64,000 nucleotides of DNA from Mobula birostris (GCF_030028105.1 NC_092398.1:24877649-24941648), one strand, 5' to 3'. Shown: positions 11,640-23,754, numbered from the stretch's first letter. Notes: generated by a model not told the origin, from the sequence alone. Program-made: numbers and translations.

Positions 11640-11908
11640 CTAGAGGTATCATGAGCTTCCCACTCACAGCCTCGTGTTCCATCTGACAGACGTACCCGTG
11701 ACTGTCTCCATCTAGGGGGCGGACACTCCTAACTTGAAAGGTTCCATTGCTTTGAGGGACAACGTTGGTCGTGTCTGATCCATTGTCAGTGACTTCCCCG
11801 TTTCTGACACAGTGAACTTTAATGTCCCGGGGAAGAAGTTCTTGGCCGTGCACACCGGATATATTTAGCCCCGTTTCTTCTGAGTCAAGGCTCTGGTACG
11901 GGTAGGAG
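11640..11908 (-). pseudogene. C1-set Ig exon, MHC class I alpha-3-like (copy 1)
   Basis: Acceptor ttccttcacag|CT, donor CTAG|gtaaga; 269 nt (270 needed). Motifs VCTAKNFFP(R)DIKVH, RNGEV, PQSNGTFQVRS, YVCQMEH. Lesions: -1 frameshift in ttcttccccggg, CAA>TAA stop, conserved Trp>Cys. Confidence 0.85.
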
Positions 11909-14501
11909 CTGTGAAGGAATTGGAGAACAGTGTATGGGTTCAAAGTAGCTCAGCTCTCTTGTGACTGGACGGTATGGACAGAACTTCACCCTGTGTCTGA
12001 CCCCGCGAGTATGTGATAGCACAGTGTACAGGGGGCTTCACTCTGCATCTAATAGCTAGTGGGACCTTGTCCACATTACCACACTCGGCTTTAAGAAAGC
12101 CCCCTGTTTAGCCAGGGCATCAAACGGTATGGGGAGAAGGCAGGGAAGTGGGGATGACTGGTAGAATTGCATCAGCCTATGATAGAATAGCAGAGCGGAC
12201 TTGATGGGCCGAATGGCCTGCTTCTGTTCCTATACCTTATGGTCTTATGGTCACGGGGAGAGCATTTGAAGTCAGACATCAAACATACAGACATCAGTGT
12301 AAATCGAACCCCGATCAATAATCACAGGCACGATAGAGCAATTCTGCTATCTGCTACGATAACGTGCAGTCCCTGATTGTGTTAATTAGACAGTTTAGAT
12401 TAACCTTTGTTTGTAATGTACACTTCTGCTGCTGAAAAAATTGATTTTGATGGTATTTATACTGATTGAGGCCCTCTGTTAGTCCAGGTTGACCACGGTG
12501 TCCTAGCTGTCTGCAAGATACGCAGCATGGTACACAACTCAGAGCCGTTGCCGACACAACAGGCTCCCCCCCTCTCCATGCTGCTGATAAAGCCAAAGGA
12601 ATGCCAGAGACTGATACAGTTTCAGCGAAGGTTTGAGATCAGACTTTTCCTTCTCTTCGATGGGATGCTGACCACAGCTGATGAGCCCCATCTGCCTGAA
12701 GCGATTGATTTTAAGGGACCAATAATCCACCTTTGCCCTTTCCCCTGTTATTAGAAATGGTTCTGCTGGGCTTAATAGCTAAGCCACATGTGAAGTTCCA
12801 GGAGCTAGACTTCGATGTCAGAGGCTATTTGAGCTGTGCACCATTGGGAGCTCATTCCAACTACCTTCCCAGGCTTTAACGACCTTAAGGAATTTGTATT
12901 TATAAGCTGTGCATCTGTTCCCATGATAATAAACTTGAACAAGAGAGAATGAACAGCAGAGGGGGCTATAGGGCAATGCTTACTCCAGACATCTGTCAGG
13001 AATGGCAGATGAAGTTCAATTCAGATAAATGCAAGGTGTTATATTTTCATGGATCAAACCAAGGCAGGGCATACACAGTGAACAGGCAAGTCCTGGTGAG
13101 TGTTGCAGACACTGTTCTCTCTCACCTGTATGTGTCTGCGACCATGCAGTAACTGTAATGCTCCCGCGCACATAGCCGTTGCTACTGCGCAGCTGAAATT
13201 CTCTTTTATATAATGTTAGTATAATTTTGAAATGATGCCAATATAATTTTGGAATCTATGTTAACATAATTCAGAAATACCCTGCAATTAATTATGTTAA
13301 TGAATATAGTTTATTAATTTTCTAAATAGTAAACATACCACACACTTTGAAACATTTTAGAGTTTCAATGCATTTACATTGTCAATGTTACAAGTTACAA
13401 CACTGTTACAAATTGTAACAATGAACACAGAATGGAAGGCGGCAGCTCATTGTTAATAAACTGCCGGCCTGCTGAAAGTTGATGCTGTCATATTCATGTT
13501 AAAAAAAACGATTTAAAGTGCCAGGTAGTTTTCAGAGCAGTGGTTAGTCCACACAGTGGTAAAAATAATTGGAGGGAAGGTCGGTTGTAGAACAGAGAGA
13601 CCAGGGTGTGTTGGTACATAAAACCATAAAGTGACGACACGGACAGGGAGGTAAAGAAGGTGTTTGTACACGTGCCGTCATCGGAAGGGCACTGAATACA
13701 GGAGTTGGGATGTCACGTTGTAACTGTACAAAGACTTCAAAGACAAAGTAACAAAGTACGCATCCTGTAGTGGGCTGGGTTGATCAGACCGAAACTAATC
13801 GAGTGTCCGGCAAATGTAATAAGTAAACAGATCCGACAAAGAAACTTAAGCCCAATTTATTATCACAAAAATGGAAAGGCACGCAAAATACTCCGTACCA
13901 AGTCACAAAGATTCCAGTGCTCACAATTCTTAGTGACCAGTTGATTGTTGTTGGGAGAACTGCGAACTCCAACTCGCTCGTGAAATCATCCTGGGTCGTA
14001 GGCATCGAAAGCGGTTTCCAGTCTAAAGAATCCAGGGAAAATTGTTCCAGTAAACAGGAGATCCACAAACGTAGAGAGAGACACACAGAGACAGACAGAT
14101 GCCTTGATCTTTTGCCCTCCTGCCATTAACCCAGCCTGGTTTCCTTCATTCATTAACGCAGTGTTCAGCATACCCTTAACATAGAACATAGAACATAGAA
14201 TAGCACAGCACAGTACAGGCCCTTCGGCACACAATGTTGTACCGACCCTCAAACCCTGCCTCCTATATAAGCCCCCACCTTAGATTCCTCCATATACCCT
14301 TACTAATCAGTTGGACACTGTAATGGTCAGTCTTTATCCATCAGTCCACCAATGTTTAGGACTTAACGTTCCTTGAAATTACGGACGATTAGTGTATCTT
14401 AAATGCCCTGCCTCTTCCCACTTTAAATGCCCTGCCCTCAATACCCTATAAACCTTTACGTGCCTAAAGGCTTCTAAATGCCTAACTGCCCTGCTTTTCA
14501 T

Positions 14502-14534
<33 letters not shown>

Positions 14535-15050
14535 TTCATCATCAGTCCGATGAGCCCTGAGCCCAGACTCTCGTTTTGTGGCCACTGTCCACGGCTCTCT
14601 GGGTAACCGAGACATTTCCTCCAGCCAAGATAGCGCCGAGTTTCAGTCTCTATCGAGGTTGTGGCTCAGACTGAAACTGATATCGTAGGTTCGTATCAAT
14701 GTTTTTGGTGACAGAGGGAGGTTTCACTGGTCAGGTTAGGATTTAGCGACAGGAATGTGGGGCAATTAGAGATCAGGCCAGGTCTAGGGCTTTACTCCAC
14801 GAGCGAAGGCCACAGATGACGTGAATGAAGGACTTTCATGGATGAGTGTCCAGTTGGCGAACATGTTGGACAAAGACTAGCTGGTTATCCTCCACACCCT
14901 GGGTCAGTCAGTTCGCTATATAAGCAGTGTGATTGGACGTCGAGGAGGGCTGGTGGCCCCTTAGCTACTCTAGTTGGTGTGTCTGGAGTAGGGCTCTAAT
15001 GCCATCGATGAGGCCGGAGTACGAGGACTGAAGTACAGGGTCCCATCATC
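14502..15050 (-). mobile_element. RTE-like LINE 3' fragment with (GAT)n tail ((CAT)n on plus, about 14502-14544)
   Basis: Trinucleotide tail directly after a degenerate ORF end (...SALSWLEEMSRLPREPWTVATKRESGLRAHRT-DDD). Clade assignment is tentative. Confidence 0.45.
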
Positions 15051-17779
15051 ATTGTGCCGTGCGGTCATGGACTGAAGGTCGATCGCGAGTCTGGAAATTG
15101 AGACCCGATGGCCTCCGACGCTGGGTCACCAACAGCCCCAGCCAGCCGGCCTTTCCTGGGTTTGGAGGACGGTCTGTGTGTGCGGGCGTGCGTGGCGGGT
15201 CAGCGGGTGAGAGGGAGGTACAAGGTTTCCTTTGCTGTTGTTCTGCTGAATGTGGTGGGCAAGCTACGTCGGCGTCAGAATGTGTGACAAGACTGGCGGG
15301 CTGCACCCAACACAGCCTACTGGTTGTTTCGATGCACACACACAATATATCAATCAGTCTGAATCTGGGGCCGTGACCCACTTCTGGAGCGAGCTGAGAT
15401 TAAGATCTCAGAAGCCGCTCTTGGAGTCTTCGGGAACTGCTACGCTGTGGGAGACGGTAGCGATGATGTGAAGGCGCAGCGAGGGAAGGGCACTGCCGGG
15501 GCGGGTGGGGAATGGTACCGAGGGATTGCGGCACTGCGAGAAGAGCGGGGAAATATGGCACTGCTGAGCTTTGTCAGGAACGCCACTCTGATGCAGTCTT
15601 CTAGAGTAGACGCTGCAGGTTCACATCAGCAAGTCAGGAAACAGTTGTATAAAACTTTGGAATGGGTGCACTTGGTTTAACTGTGTGCAGTTCTGACCAT
15701 TCCATTACAGGAAAGATGCGGAGGAGTGGAGTTTACAGAGAAAATAGAACACATCACAGCACAGAAAAGGTCGTGCGGCCCACAATGTAATTTGGAAGGT
15801 TCGGGGGTGGAATCTCATTGAAACCTTTCAAATGTTGAAAGGCCTAGACAGAGTATATGTGGGAAGGATGTGTCCCATGGTAGGGGAAGTCTAGGACAAG
15901 AGGGCACAGCCTCAGGATAGAGGGGCATCCATTTAAAACAGAGATGTGCAGAAATTTCTTTAGCCAGAGTCTGGAGAATTTGTCGAATCTGTCAGCTGTG
16001 GAGGCCAGGTCGTTGGGTGGATTTAAGGAAGAGCTTGATAGGTTCTTTACTGGACACAGCATCAAAGGTTACGGGGAGTGGGGCTGTCGCGGGGGGGGGG
16101 GTGGATCAGCCATGATTGAGTGGCAGAGCAGATTTGATGAGCCAAATAACATAATTCTTCCCCCATGTGTTAGGATGTTATGTTATGTCCAGCTATTTAC
16201 CTACTCTAAGATTAATCCAACCCTTCCGTCCTACATAGCCCTCCATTGTTCTATCATCCATTTGCCTGTCCAAGAGTTTCTTAAATGTCCCCAAAGTATG
16301 TGTGTCCACTACCACCCCGCTGATGCGTCCCGCGCACCCACCACTCTCTGTGTGAAAAACCTACCTCTGACATACCCTCTATACTTTCCTCTAATCTCCT
16401 TAAAATTATACCCCATCATATTAGGCATTTCCGCCCTGAGATAAAGCCTCTGGCTGTCCACTCGATCGATGCATATTATCGTCTTGCGCACCTCTATCAG
16501 GTCACCTTTATCAGGTCCTTTGCTGCGGAGAGAAAAGCCCCAGCTTTCTGAACCTGTCTTCATGCGACATGCTCTCTAATCCAGGCAGCATTCTGGTAAA
16601 TCTTCTCTGCACCCTCTCTAAATGAAGTGGTCTGAACTAAACACAATGCTTCAAGTGTGATCTAACTGGAGTTCTGTGGATATGAAACATTATCTGATGG
16701 ATCTGAAACGTAATCCTCCGACTGATGACGGCCAATACTCCTTATGCTTTCTTCACCGTTCTCTCGCCTTGCTACCGACTTTGAGGCATCTATGGGCTCC
16801 GTCTCTGTTCCTCCGCACTGCTAAAAGTTCTGACATAAACTCTGCCTTCAAGTTCAACCTTACAAAGTGAGTTATTTCACACTTTTCTGCGTAACACTCT
16901 GAGGTGTCAGAGTTCAGTGAATCAGCGATGACAGACTCTTTGGAGAGGGTGCAGAAAATGGGGCAAGTACGACTCAAGGGTTGAAACGGCTTCTAGATGG
17001 GCACGGGATAGAGGTACAGGAGCAGTATGACTTGGTCTGGCAGCATGGGCACGGACCTCATCTCTCTGGCTGTGAAACTGCAGAGGACCCTGTCACCACC
17101 GGGGTCTCATCACAAAGACAACAGCCGTTTACAGTTTACTGTTTACCGTTTACCTCTGTTGAGCGCTGCACCGACATTGAATTATACTTATAAACTTAAC
17201 TGTGGCAATATTTTGTGTCATGCGCTGTGTATGATGTATATTTTGTATGTTTCCGTGGTCCCGGGGAGCAATGCTTCGTTTGATCGTATATATGTACCGC
17301 CAGATGATAACAAATGTGAACTTGAGAAGGAGAAAGGATAAGTGACGTGTAGAAGTTAAATATATCATGCACTGCGTGATTGTTGACTGGAAATCGTTGT
17401 CATACAGACTCATAGATGGTGATTTAAAGGAACATCTGAAAATATATGGACGGACACAAACGCAAGCGAAGGCTGGGGTGACAAGTGTATTTACCTATGA
17501 CAGGATTGTGTTGAAAACTTGGCAGATGAAGGTTAATCCCGAATCAGTGGCCTGCTACACACTGTGCGTGGGGTGAGGTTAAATGCAATCATAAAGTATT
17601 TATTGAATGGACTGGATGCTTGGAAGTGTTAATGAACAGTCGGAACTTTGGCTGGACCTCCATGTCTTTCTGAATGTAACATGGCACGGAGAGATGTTGG
17701 TAAAGAAGGAGTAAGCATCCTTCTCTTAAATGGTCGTATTTTTAGTGATGTTCAATAAGTCTTGCAGCAACTGCGTGAA

Positions 17780-18230
17780 TGATTGAACGTCGATATCTCC
17801 GACTTCCAGTTCATTTTCCCCCTCTATTTTCCATTACTTTAATTCTCCACTCTGCCCCCACTTACTTCCTCTCTCTTCTCCCGGCGCATTTCCTCCGCAT
17901 ACTGCCCCGTTCCTCTCTCCTGTGATCCACTCGCTTTTCCGATCTGATCCCTTCTTCTGCTATTTGTCTTCCACTTATCACCACCTAACATTGCTTCACA
18001 CCCCTCTGGTATTCACTACTTTAACTGCCACGTTCTAGTCTGTACACATTCTCCTCCGTCCACCTCATTACTCTGATTTCTTTCCTCTTCCTTTCCAGTT
18101 TCGATGAAGGGTTCCGGAAAACTCGACTGTTTATTCATTTATATAGATTCTGCCTGAGCTAATGACCCCCCACGATTTTGTATGCGCTGCTGAGGATGCT
18201 TAGCATCTGCAAAATCTCTTCGCTGCAGAC
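17780..18230 (+). mobile_element. Degenerate Penelope-like element terminal region
   Basis: Pyrimidine-rich tract followed by a decayed hammerhead-like cgatgaagggttccggaaaactcgact (18098-18127) and an agcatctgca end, similar to the clean fragment at 58724-58855. Confidence 0.55.
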
Positions 18231-18639
18231 ATACGCACATTTGGACCGTCGTTCATTTGGTCTTCTAAGCATCACTTAGACAGATTATTGATTAAGCAGA
18301 GATTGACCATGGAGACGCACATGAGGAGTTTCAATTAGGGTTATTGTTGGCACCCCAATCATGTGCCGAACGGTCTATTCCTGTGCTGGACTCATCTGTA
18401 TTCATCATTTTCACCCACGTATTTATAAAATTGAGTTAAGTGCGGATTCTTTGATACGATTACTGGGCCAGACAGCCCTGTTTCCCATACTTCTTGAGAG
18501 ACAAACAGAATGATAGAATGCGGCATACAACTGCTGATATTTATTCCGCGACATAGAAGCTAGTCGTTTTTAAAGGAGCGGGAAGTTGAGGGAGGAAGTT
18601 ACATTTTAAGACTATATTATTTTTTTTTTATTTATCGAT

Positions 18640-18820
18640 ACAGCAGGGTTGCAGGGGTTCCCACCAGAACCTTCACGTCTTTGGAATGTGTATGCAACAG
18701 AGGCATCTGGAGTAAACCTCCGCCGTCGCCGATAGATCGTACAAAATTCATAGAGACGGCTGTGGGGACTGAAAGCGCGCCTCAGGCGCTGTGAAGCATT
18801 GTGCCGACCACTACGCTACG
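18640..18820 (-). mobile_element. tRNA-derived SINE remnant downstream of the GPCR stop codon
   Basis: Degenerate pattern ...gcgctgtgaagcattgtgccgaccactacgctac, with an A-rich tail on the minus strand. A similar remnant lies near 12255-12365. Confidence 0.45.
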
Positions 18821-18853
18821 TTTAATTGGTGGACTTAGTTTCCGATTAGCTTG

Positions 18854-20843
18854 TCACACCAGGCGAGAGAATGGAGATTTCAACACCTCCCGCATCTGCT
18901 CCCTGAACTTCTTCTGGGTCAAGGCGTAAAGAGCCGTGTTTGTGCAGCAGCTCAGAAGCTGCAGCATGTAGCCCAGCTCCCTCATGGTCGAAGGTGGGAA
19001 CAAGGCATACCTCAGATATGATAAACGAAAAAAATATGATCGTATCCACACAGTATGCACAACAAAAACCACCCACAACACGATGAAATTCGCCGACACG
19101 ACCAACAGTAAAATGAGCGACTTCCTCCGGCTTTGCATCTCCGGGTCTTTGGAGCCATCCCCATTGCTGTTATTCCGGAGTCTCCTCCGAGATCTGCTCG
19201 CCACTACCACGTGTCTGATGGTCAAAGCATTGAGCAGCAGAACGACCACAAACGGGATCACAGGCGTCAGAAAGAAGCTGCAAGACTCGACTACTGTCCA
19301 TGCAACTGAGAACAGAACACCGTCTCTTCCGTGGCAAAACCAAGGGACGTTATTAAACTGGTAGCGTCCTGAGAGCAAAAAATACCAGAAAATGTTCTTT
19401 AAACAGCTCAGGGCGGCCACAGTCCACAGAACAACAGCCGCGGTTCTCTCGGTGCAGTATTTAGCTTTCAGATTCTGGCAGCGAATAGCCACGAATCGGT
19501 CGAAGGTGAACATGACGGTGAACCAGACGGAGCAGTCGTTGGCTGTGTAACGTAGGACGGCGTGGATATTACACACGGGGATGTTCATCAGGAATATAAA
19601 CGCTCCCCAAAAAACAATAGGAATCTGCCTCAATACCAGGTCAAAGACAACAACGAGAAGATCCGCCATTGCCATGGCCATCAAGTAACGAGCGACGCCT
19701 TTCGAAAGACCGCACTTTCCCTGAGACAGGACCACAATCGTCAGCACGTTCACTATTGGGATTGAAAGAAACACAAGCATGTTTGTGGGCAAGGAATACT
19801 GTCAGCACAGTCACAGACAGAAAGTATAGAAACATGTTTTTGAACGCAGAATGGAAGACTGCGGTTTTACAGCATCCGTGATGCCTGCTGGTGACGAGGA
19901 TTATAGCTCAGTGAAATCGACAAAGAACTGGAAAATAACGTCACAACGCCAAACAACGAACAGCTGAGAAAATGTGCTCTCGGATTTCGGTGAAGATGAA
20001 TTTGAAATAGGGCTCGAAATTGGTCATTGAATTGGAATTGCTTTACTATTACGGAAGTGGCATCACAAGGGTACAGGGAAACACGCGTCTCCACAATATG
20101 CATACAGATCAATTCTTTACTCAGTGCTTTGAGGCGTGACGTAATATCAGCTCAGGCTCTCCACTTCTTCTGCCGGTCTTTTAAATTTATACAATATTTC
20201 GGAAGCCATCCATTTTAAACTGCAATCCAAATTGGGAGTTCGGTATCTAAAGCTGCAAGGGAGGCTTACTCAGTTGAAAATTTTAAACGCCAGCTCAGAA
20301 GATCTTTATTTAACCTTGATTTTAAAAGGAATTATTTTGTCTGCTCTTTTCATGTTATTTCTGTTTGTATTATAAAAGCACATTAAAACTTCGCCTATTT
20401 GGAAAGTGCTCTAATTATTATTATTATTATTTTTATTGTTGCTGTTTTTGTTGTTGTGATTGTTGTTGTTTAAAGAAAAAAAAAACAGGGAGATAAATGT
20501 TATTGACCGAGTCTGTCAATGTATTACAGGATCATCATCAAAAGTTCAGTTAGTGAGGACGATGGACTGCGTTAACCGGAAAATATCATTAAATTGCAAA
20601 CTATCAAATCTGTTTACAGGAACCCGTGATCACTGCTTCTCCTTCTCTGGTCAGCAACTTACCGGGAAATGCAACCAAAGCGAGAAGGGGATAGTAGATG
20701 GGCTGAATTGTCCGGAGTAAATACCAGATCCGTCTGTCTGCTGGTATCCAAGGGTCATTCGAAAAAATATAGGGAGCCAGGCTGAAGACACCCTTCTCTG
20801 TCCCTGGAACATTCCATGTTCCTATTTCTCGTTCCTGAACCAT
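18854..20843 (-). CDS. Two-exon GPR139/GPR142-like class A GPCR, 359 aa; join(complement 20663-20843, 18854-19752)
   Basis: Exon 1 MVQEREIG...IQPIYYPLLALVAFP ends CCC G|gtaagt; exon 2 starts tcccaatag|TG AAC giving PVNVLTIVVLSQGKCGLS. Seven hydrophobic segments, ADLL in TM2, DRF, ECL2 PWFC, TM7 CCTNTALY. ATG context GGCAATGG; no stops. Confidence 0.9.
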
Positions 20844-21299
20844 TGCCCGTCACCGTTCCCAGATTCCAGTCGGTGACCGGCGGTTCTCACGCTGCACATG
20901 TGACCGTTCACGTAAAATTCCACTTTGATGTTCGCAGTTCCCCAATTTTTGTCTTCCGCTGTCGAGCCACTGCGGTCCGTGTGTGACGGAGGGGTTGTTC
21001 TCGCTAACACTATGAAACTTAATCGAAAGGAGCAATTTTAAATAGAGCTGCTAATCCCCCAGTGAGACAACCAGGCTCCATACGGGCTGACGTTAATTAA
21101 CATACATCTACGGTTAACCCCTTTGGATCCGGATCGCGGGTGCCAAAGGTAAAACGAATTATTAAACAGGGTGGTGATGTCTAGGATATATGTCCACCGA
21201 TCTCGGACATTGGTTCTGCATTATCTTGCAGGAGACAGAATAGCCTGCAAGCACGTACCATTTGGCTCAGTAACAGCTTCAATCACGACATTATTAAAA

Positions 21300-21930
21300 T
21301 ATTCAACCCTTCCCCCTGACGATTAGATGGACTCTTGATATGGCAATCTGCCTCACTCTGACTTTGCAATTTGTTGTTCCCTTGCGCCGCACCTTCTCTG
21401 TAACTGCAGCACTTTATTCTGCATTCTGTCATTGTATGACCCGGAAATCAATGCACTGAGGCAATCATTCTTTTTTTTTGAATGAGGAGTGTGTAAAACA
21501 AGGTTGTTTTCTTTTCCCAGCATCGACAAATACAATGAAGTCCCGTGTACCATCAGTGTCCCACCAGGCAAGATGCTGCGCAGCGTCCTCACCAGGACCA
21601 GCAGTATCTAAAACAGTTACTTTCTCCAGACAGTAAGGTTGATCGACACTTATACCGACCAACACATTCCACCAGCTCCCTCTACCATCCAACACCACTA
21701 CCTTATCATTTCCTATCAGTAAACATGTGAACAGCCCTTAGAGTCACGTTGTAGACATATCAATCTCTGAATATGAACTATATATGTATTTATATTCATT
21801 GTCCTTTTTATTACTGTGCTCTTTGCCCTATTGTGTTTTTTGGCGCTGCAATGGATCCGGAGTAACAACTGTTTCGTTCTCCTTTGCGCTTGTGTAATGG
21901 AAATAATACTGAACAATTCTGAATCTTGAA
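21300..21930 (+). mobile_element. Rex1/Babar-like 3' end remnants
   Basis: accaggaccagcagtatctaaaacagttactttctcc (RTSSI*NSYF-like) and a 3' UTR ending in aataataaa. Boundaries approximate. Confidence 0.5.
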
Positions 21931-22239
21931 TAATAAACCCATTTACTAATTGAGCACTCTGCAGTGTGATGGACCAATCGGTTAGAGAGCCGCTTGCAGG
22001 TCTGATGAAAGGCTCAGAGGGGATCCTTTCTTTCGACGGGAGGAGGCTGATGGAAACCTTGCAACTTTGCTCCAGCTAATCTGACGTCACTGCGTCGGCG
22101 ATGAAGGAGTGGTTCATGTTGTATCGGATGAGTGACAATTCGGAAATTATGCGGTCGAAATTGCTTTATTTATGAAAGAGATTTGGACCAAATCTGTATT
22201 AAAGTTCAACATATATTAAATCCCGTTTAAACGCCCATC

Positions 22240-22620
22240 CACTCGACTGAAACAATGACAACAAACACAGACTGTTGGAGGAGCTTGGCAGTTCAGGCAG
22301 CCTATATGGAAGTGAATAAACAGTGGACGTTTCCGGTCGAGAACTTTCATCTGGACCGAAGATGAAGCAGGTTCACGCCAGAAGAAATGGTGAGGGAGGC
22401 GATAAGAAATACAGACCGGTATGAGATACTTGTAGCCAAGTGAGCGGGTAAATGGGTGGGTGGGGAAGAGGGATGAAGTAAAGACGTTGTAGTTGATATT
22501 TGGAAAAAATAAGAGCAAGAGAAGAAGGAATCTGATAAGAGAGGGGAATAGACCATGTGGGAAATTGAAGGAGGTGGTCACAAGGGGGAGGTGATCTGCT
22601 TGTGAGGGAATGAAGGAAGA
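22240..22620 (-). mobile_element. Penelope-like element terminal region (degenerate)
   Basis: acaaacacagactgttggaggagcttggcagttcaggcagcctat end, hammerhead-like gtggacgtttccggtcgagaactttcatctggac (22323-22356), then a purine-rich tract. Confidence 0.6.
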
Positions 22621-23754
22621 GTGGTGTCAGAATGGATAATTGAAGAAATGGGAAGGGGAAGGGAGAAAATTATCGGAAAACATTAAAACATTGACATTTT
22701 TCTTTTTATGCACCTACCATATCAAAAATATTTCCACGATTAAACCGGTTAGTACATCTGATGTGCTGCGTTTGGATCACATCGCAGGAAAATATAAGCC
22801 AGCCTACCAATATTTCGTCATAACCTGCAACCCAACAGATTGCCCAGAGATTTTCCTCCGCAATGCTTTGCATCCTCCTGTACAATGGTGACCAGAATTA
22901 CCCACAGTACTCTAAAAGCGGGCAACGTACTGTTATGCACATATCTTCATTATGATGCTATAATTTGTGGGTTCAATACCTCACCCTGGGTCCCTTTCAC
23001 TTTCCAGTTTTACCCTTTATACTCACAGGTACGCCCTGTCCTTCGCCTGTTGATCACTATGTTAACACTCTCTCACTCGCCGTCTCTTCTTTCTGTTCGA
23101 CTGCTGCTAGTTGTTGACGAAATGTCTGGATATTATCCCTGCTCTAGTTTATGGGCACAACGCTGTGAACCTTCATCGTTATTCGCGCCTGTGTTTCCTT
23201 TTCTTACAATTCTCCACCCTCTCTATCCTTACCCTCTCTCCTTGTCCCTGACTCCCACTCTCTCTCTCTCTCTAGCTGTGCTCCAGACCCCCTTGCTGTG
23301 TTAGCATCCATTGTGCGCACACCAGACAGCAGTACAAATGGGGCTCTATGTTGAGGGATGTGTGCACACAAAACAAACAAGCGCACAGCGGCGGTGTGGA
23401 GAGGACTCAAGTGCACTGGGGGCAGTTTTCGGATGTGTCTGTACAGACCGGACCAGTTAACGATGAAATTTCTTTTGACACACCTGCCATTGGAAAACAT
23501 ACTTCCGTGATTAATCCCGTCAGTACATTTCATCAACTGATGTATTTCCTTCGGGTCACCTTGCACGGAAGTTACGATCAACCTGTCCAATAGAGAGAGT
23601 CGTGGTGTAATAGAAAAGTACAGCACAGGAGAAGACCCTTCGGCCAATCTAGTCTGAGCCGAACTAATTAAACTTCTACTCCCCTCGACCTACACGCCTA
23701 TCACAGCCCTCCCTAACCCAGGCATCCGTTTATCTATCCAAGCGTATCTCAGAC

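Larger units (their letters stand above)
1..19820. repeat. Segmental duplication copy D1 (starts upstream of the window), near-identical to 26078-45894
   Basis: Position 1 ctggtaaagacaaatgtcgg matches 26078 ctggtaaagacaaatgtggg. ORFs recur at offset 26077-26074. 5 differences in the first 600 bp and 3 in 899 bp of GPCR exon 2. Dense differences start at 19821. Confidence 0.97.

Noticed and set aside
11566-11943. 125-aa ORF as a complete Ig-domain gene
   Set aside because: Its N-terminal third is out of frame (upstream of the -1 frameshift) and its C-terminus is intron read-through past G|gtaag.
13784-14086. Minus-strand ORF with a plausible acceptor (ttctttag|ACTGG) as the missing alpha-1 or alpha-2 exon
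   Set aside because: No recognisable class I or II distal-domain motifs and no suitably placed donor. It remains unexplained unique sequence.
14379-14615. Acidic poly-Asp protein
   Set aside because: The Asp run is the (CAT)n/(GAT)n microsatellite tail of a LINE remnant.
18984-19364. Antisense 126-aa ORF overlapping the GPCR
   Set aside because: Shadow ORF of the coding strand, with no motif or independent support.
19753-19792. MPTNMLVFLSIPI N-terminus of the 312-aa ORF (also 45827-45866)
   Set aside because: It is the intron polypyrimidine tract and acceptor; the true N-terminus with TM1 is exon 1 at 20663-20843.
22002-22040. CTGATGA as another hammerhead core
   Set aside because: No stem II-GAAA-stem III arrangement follows.
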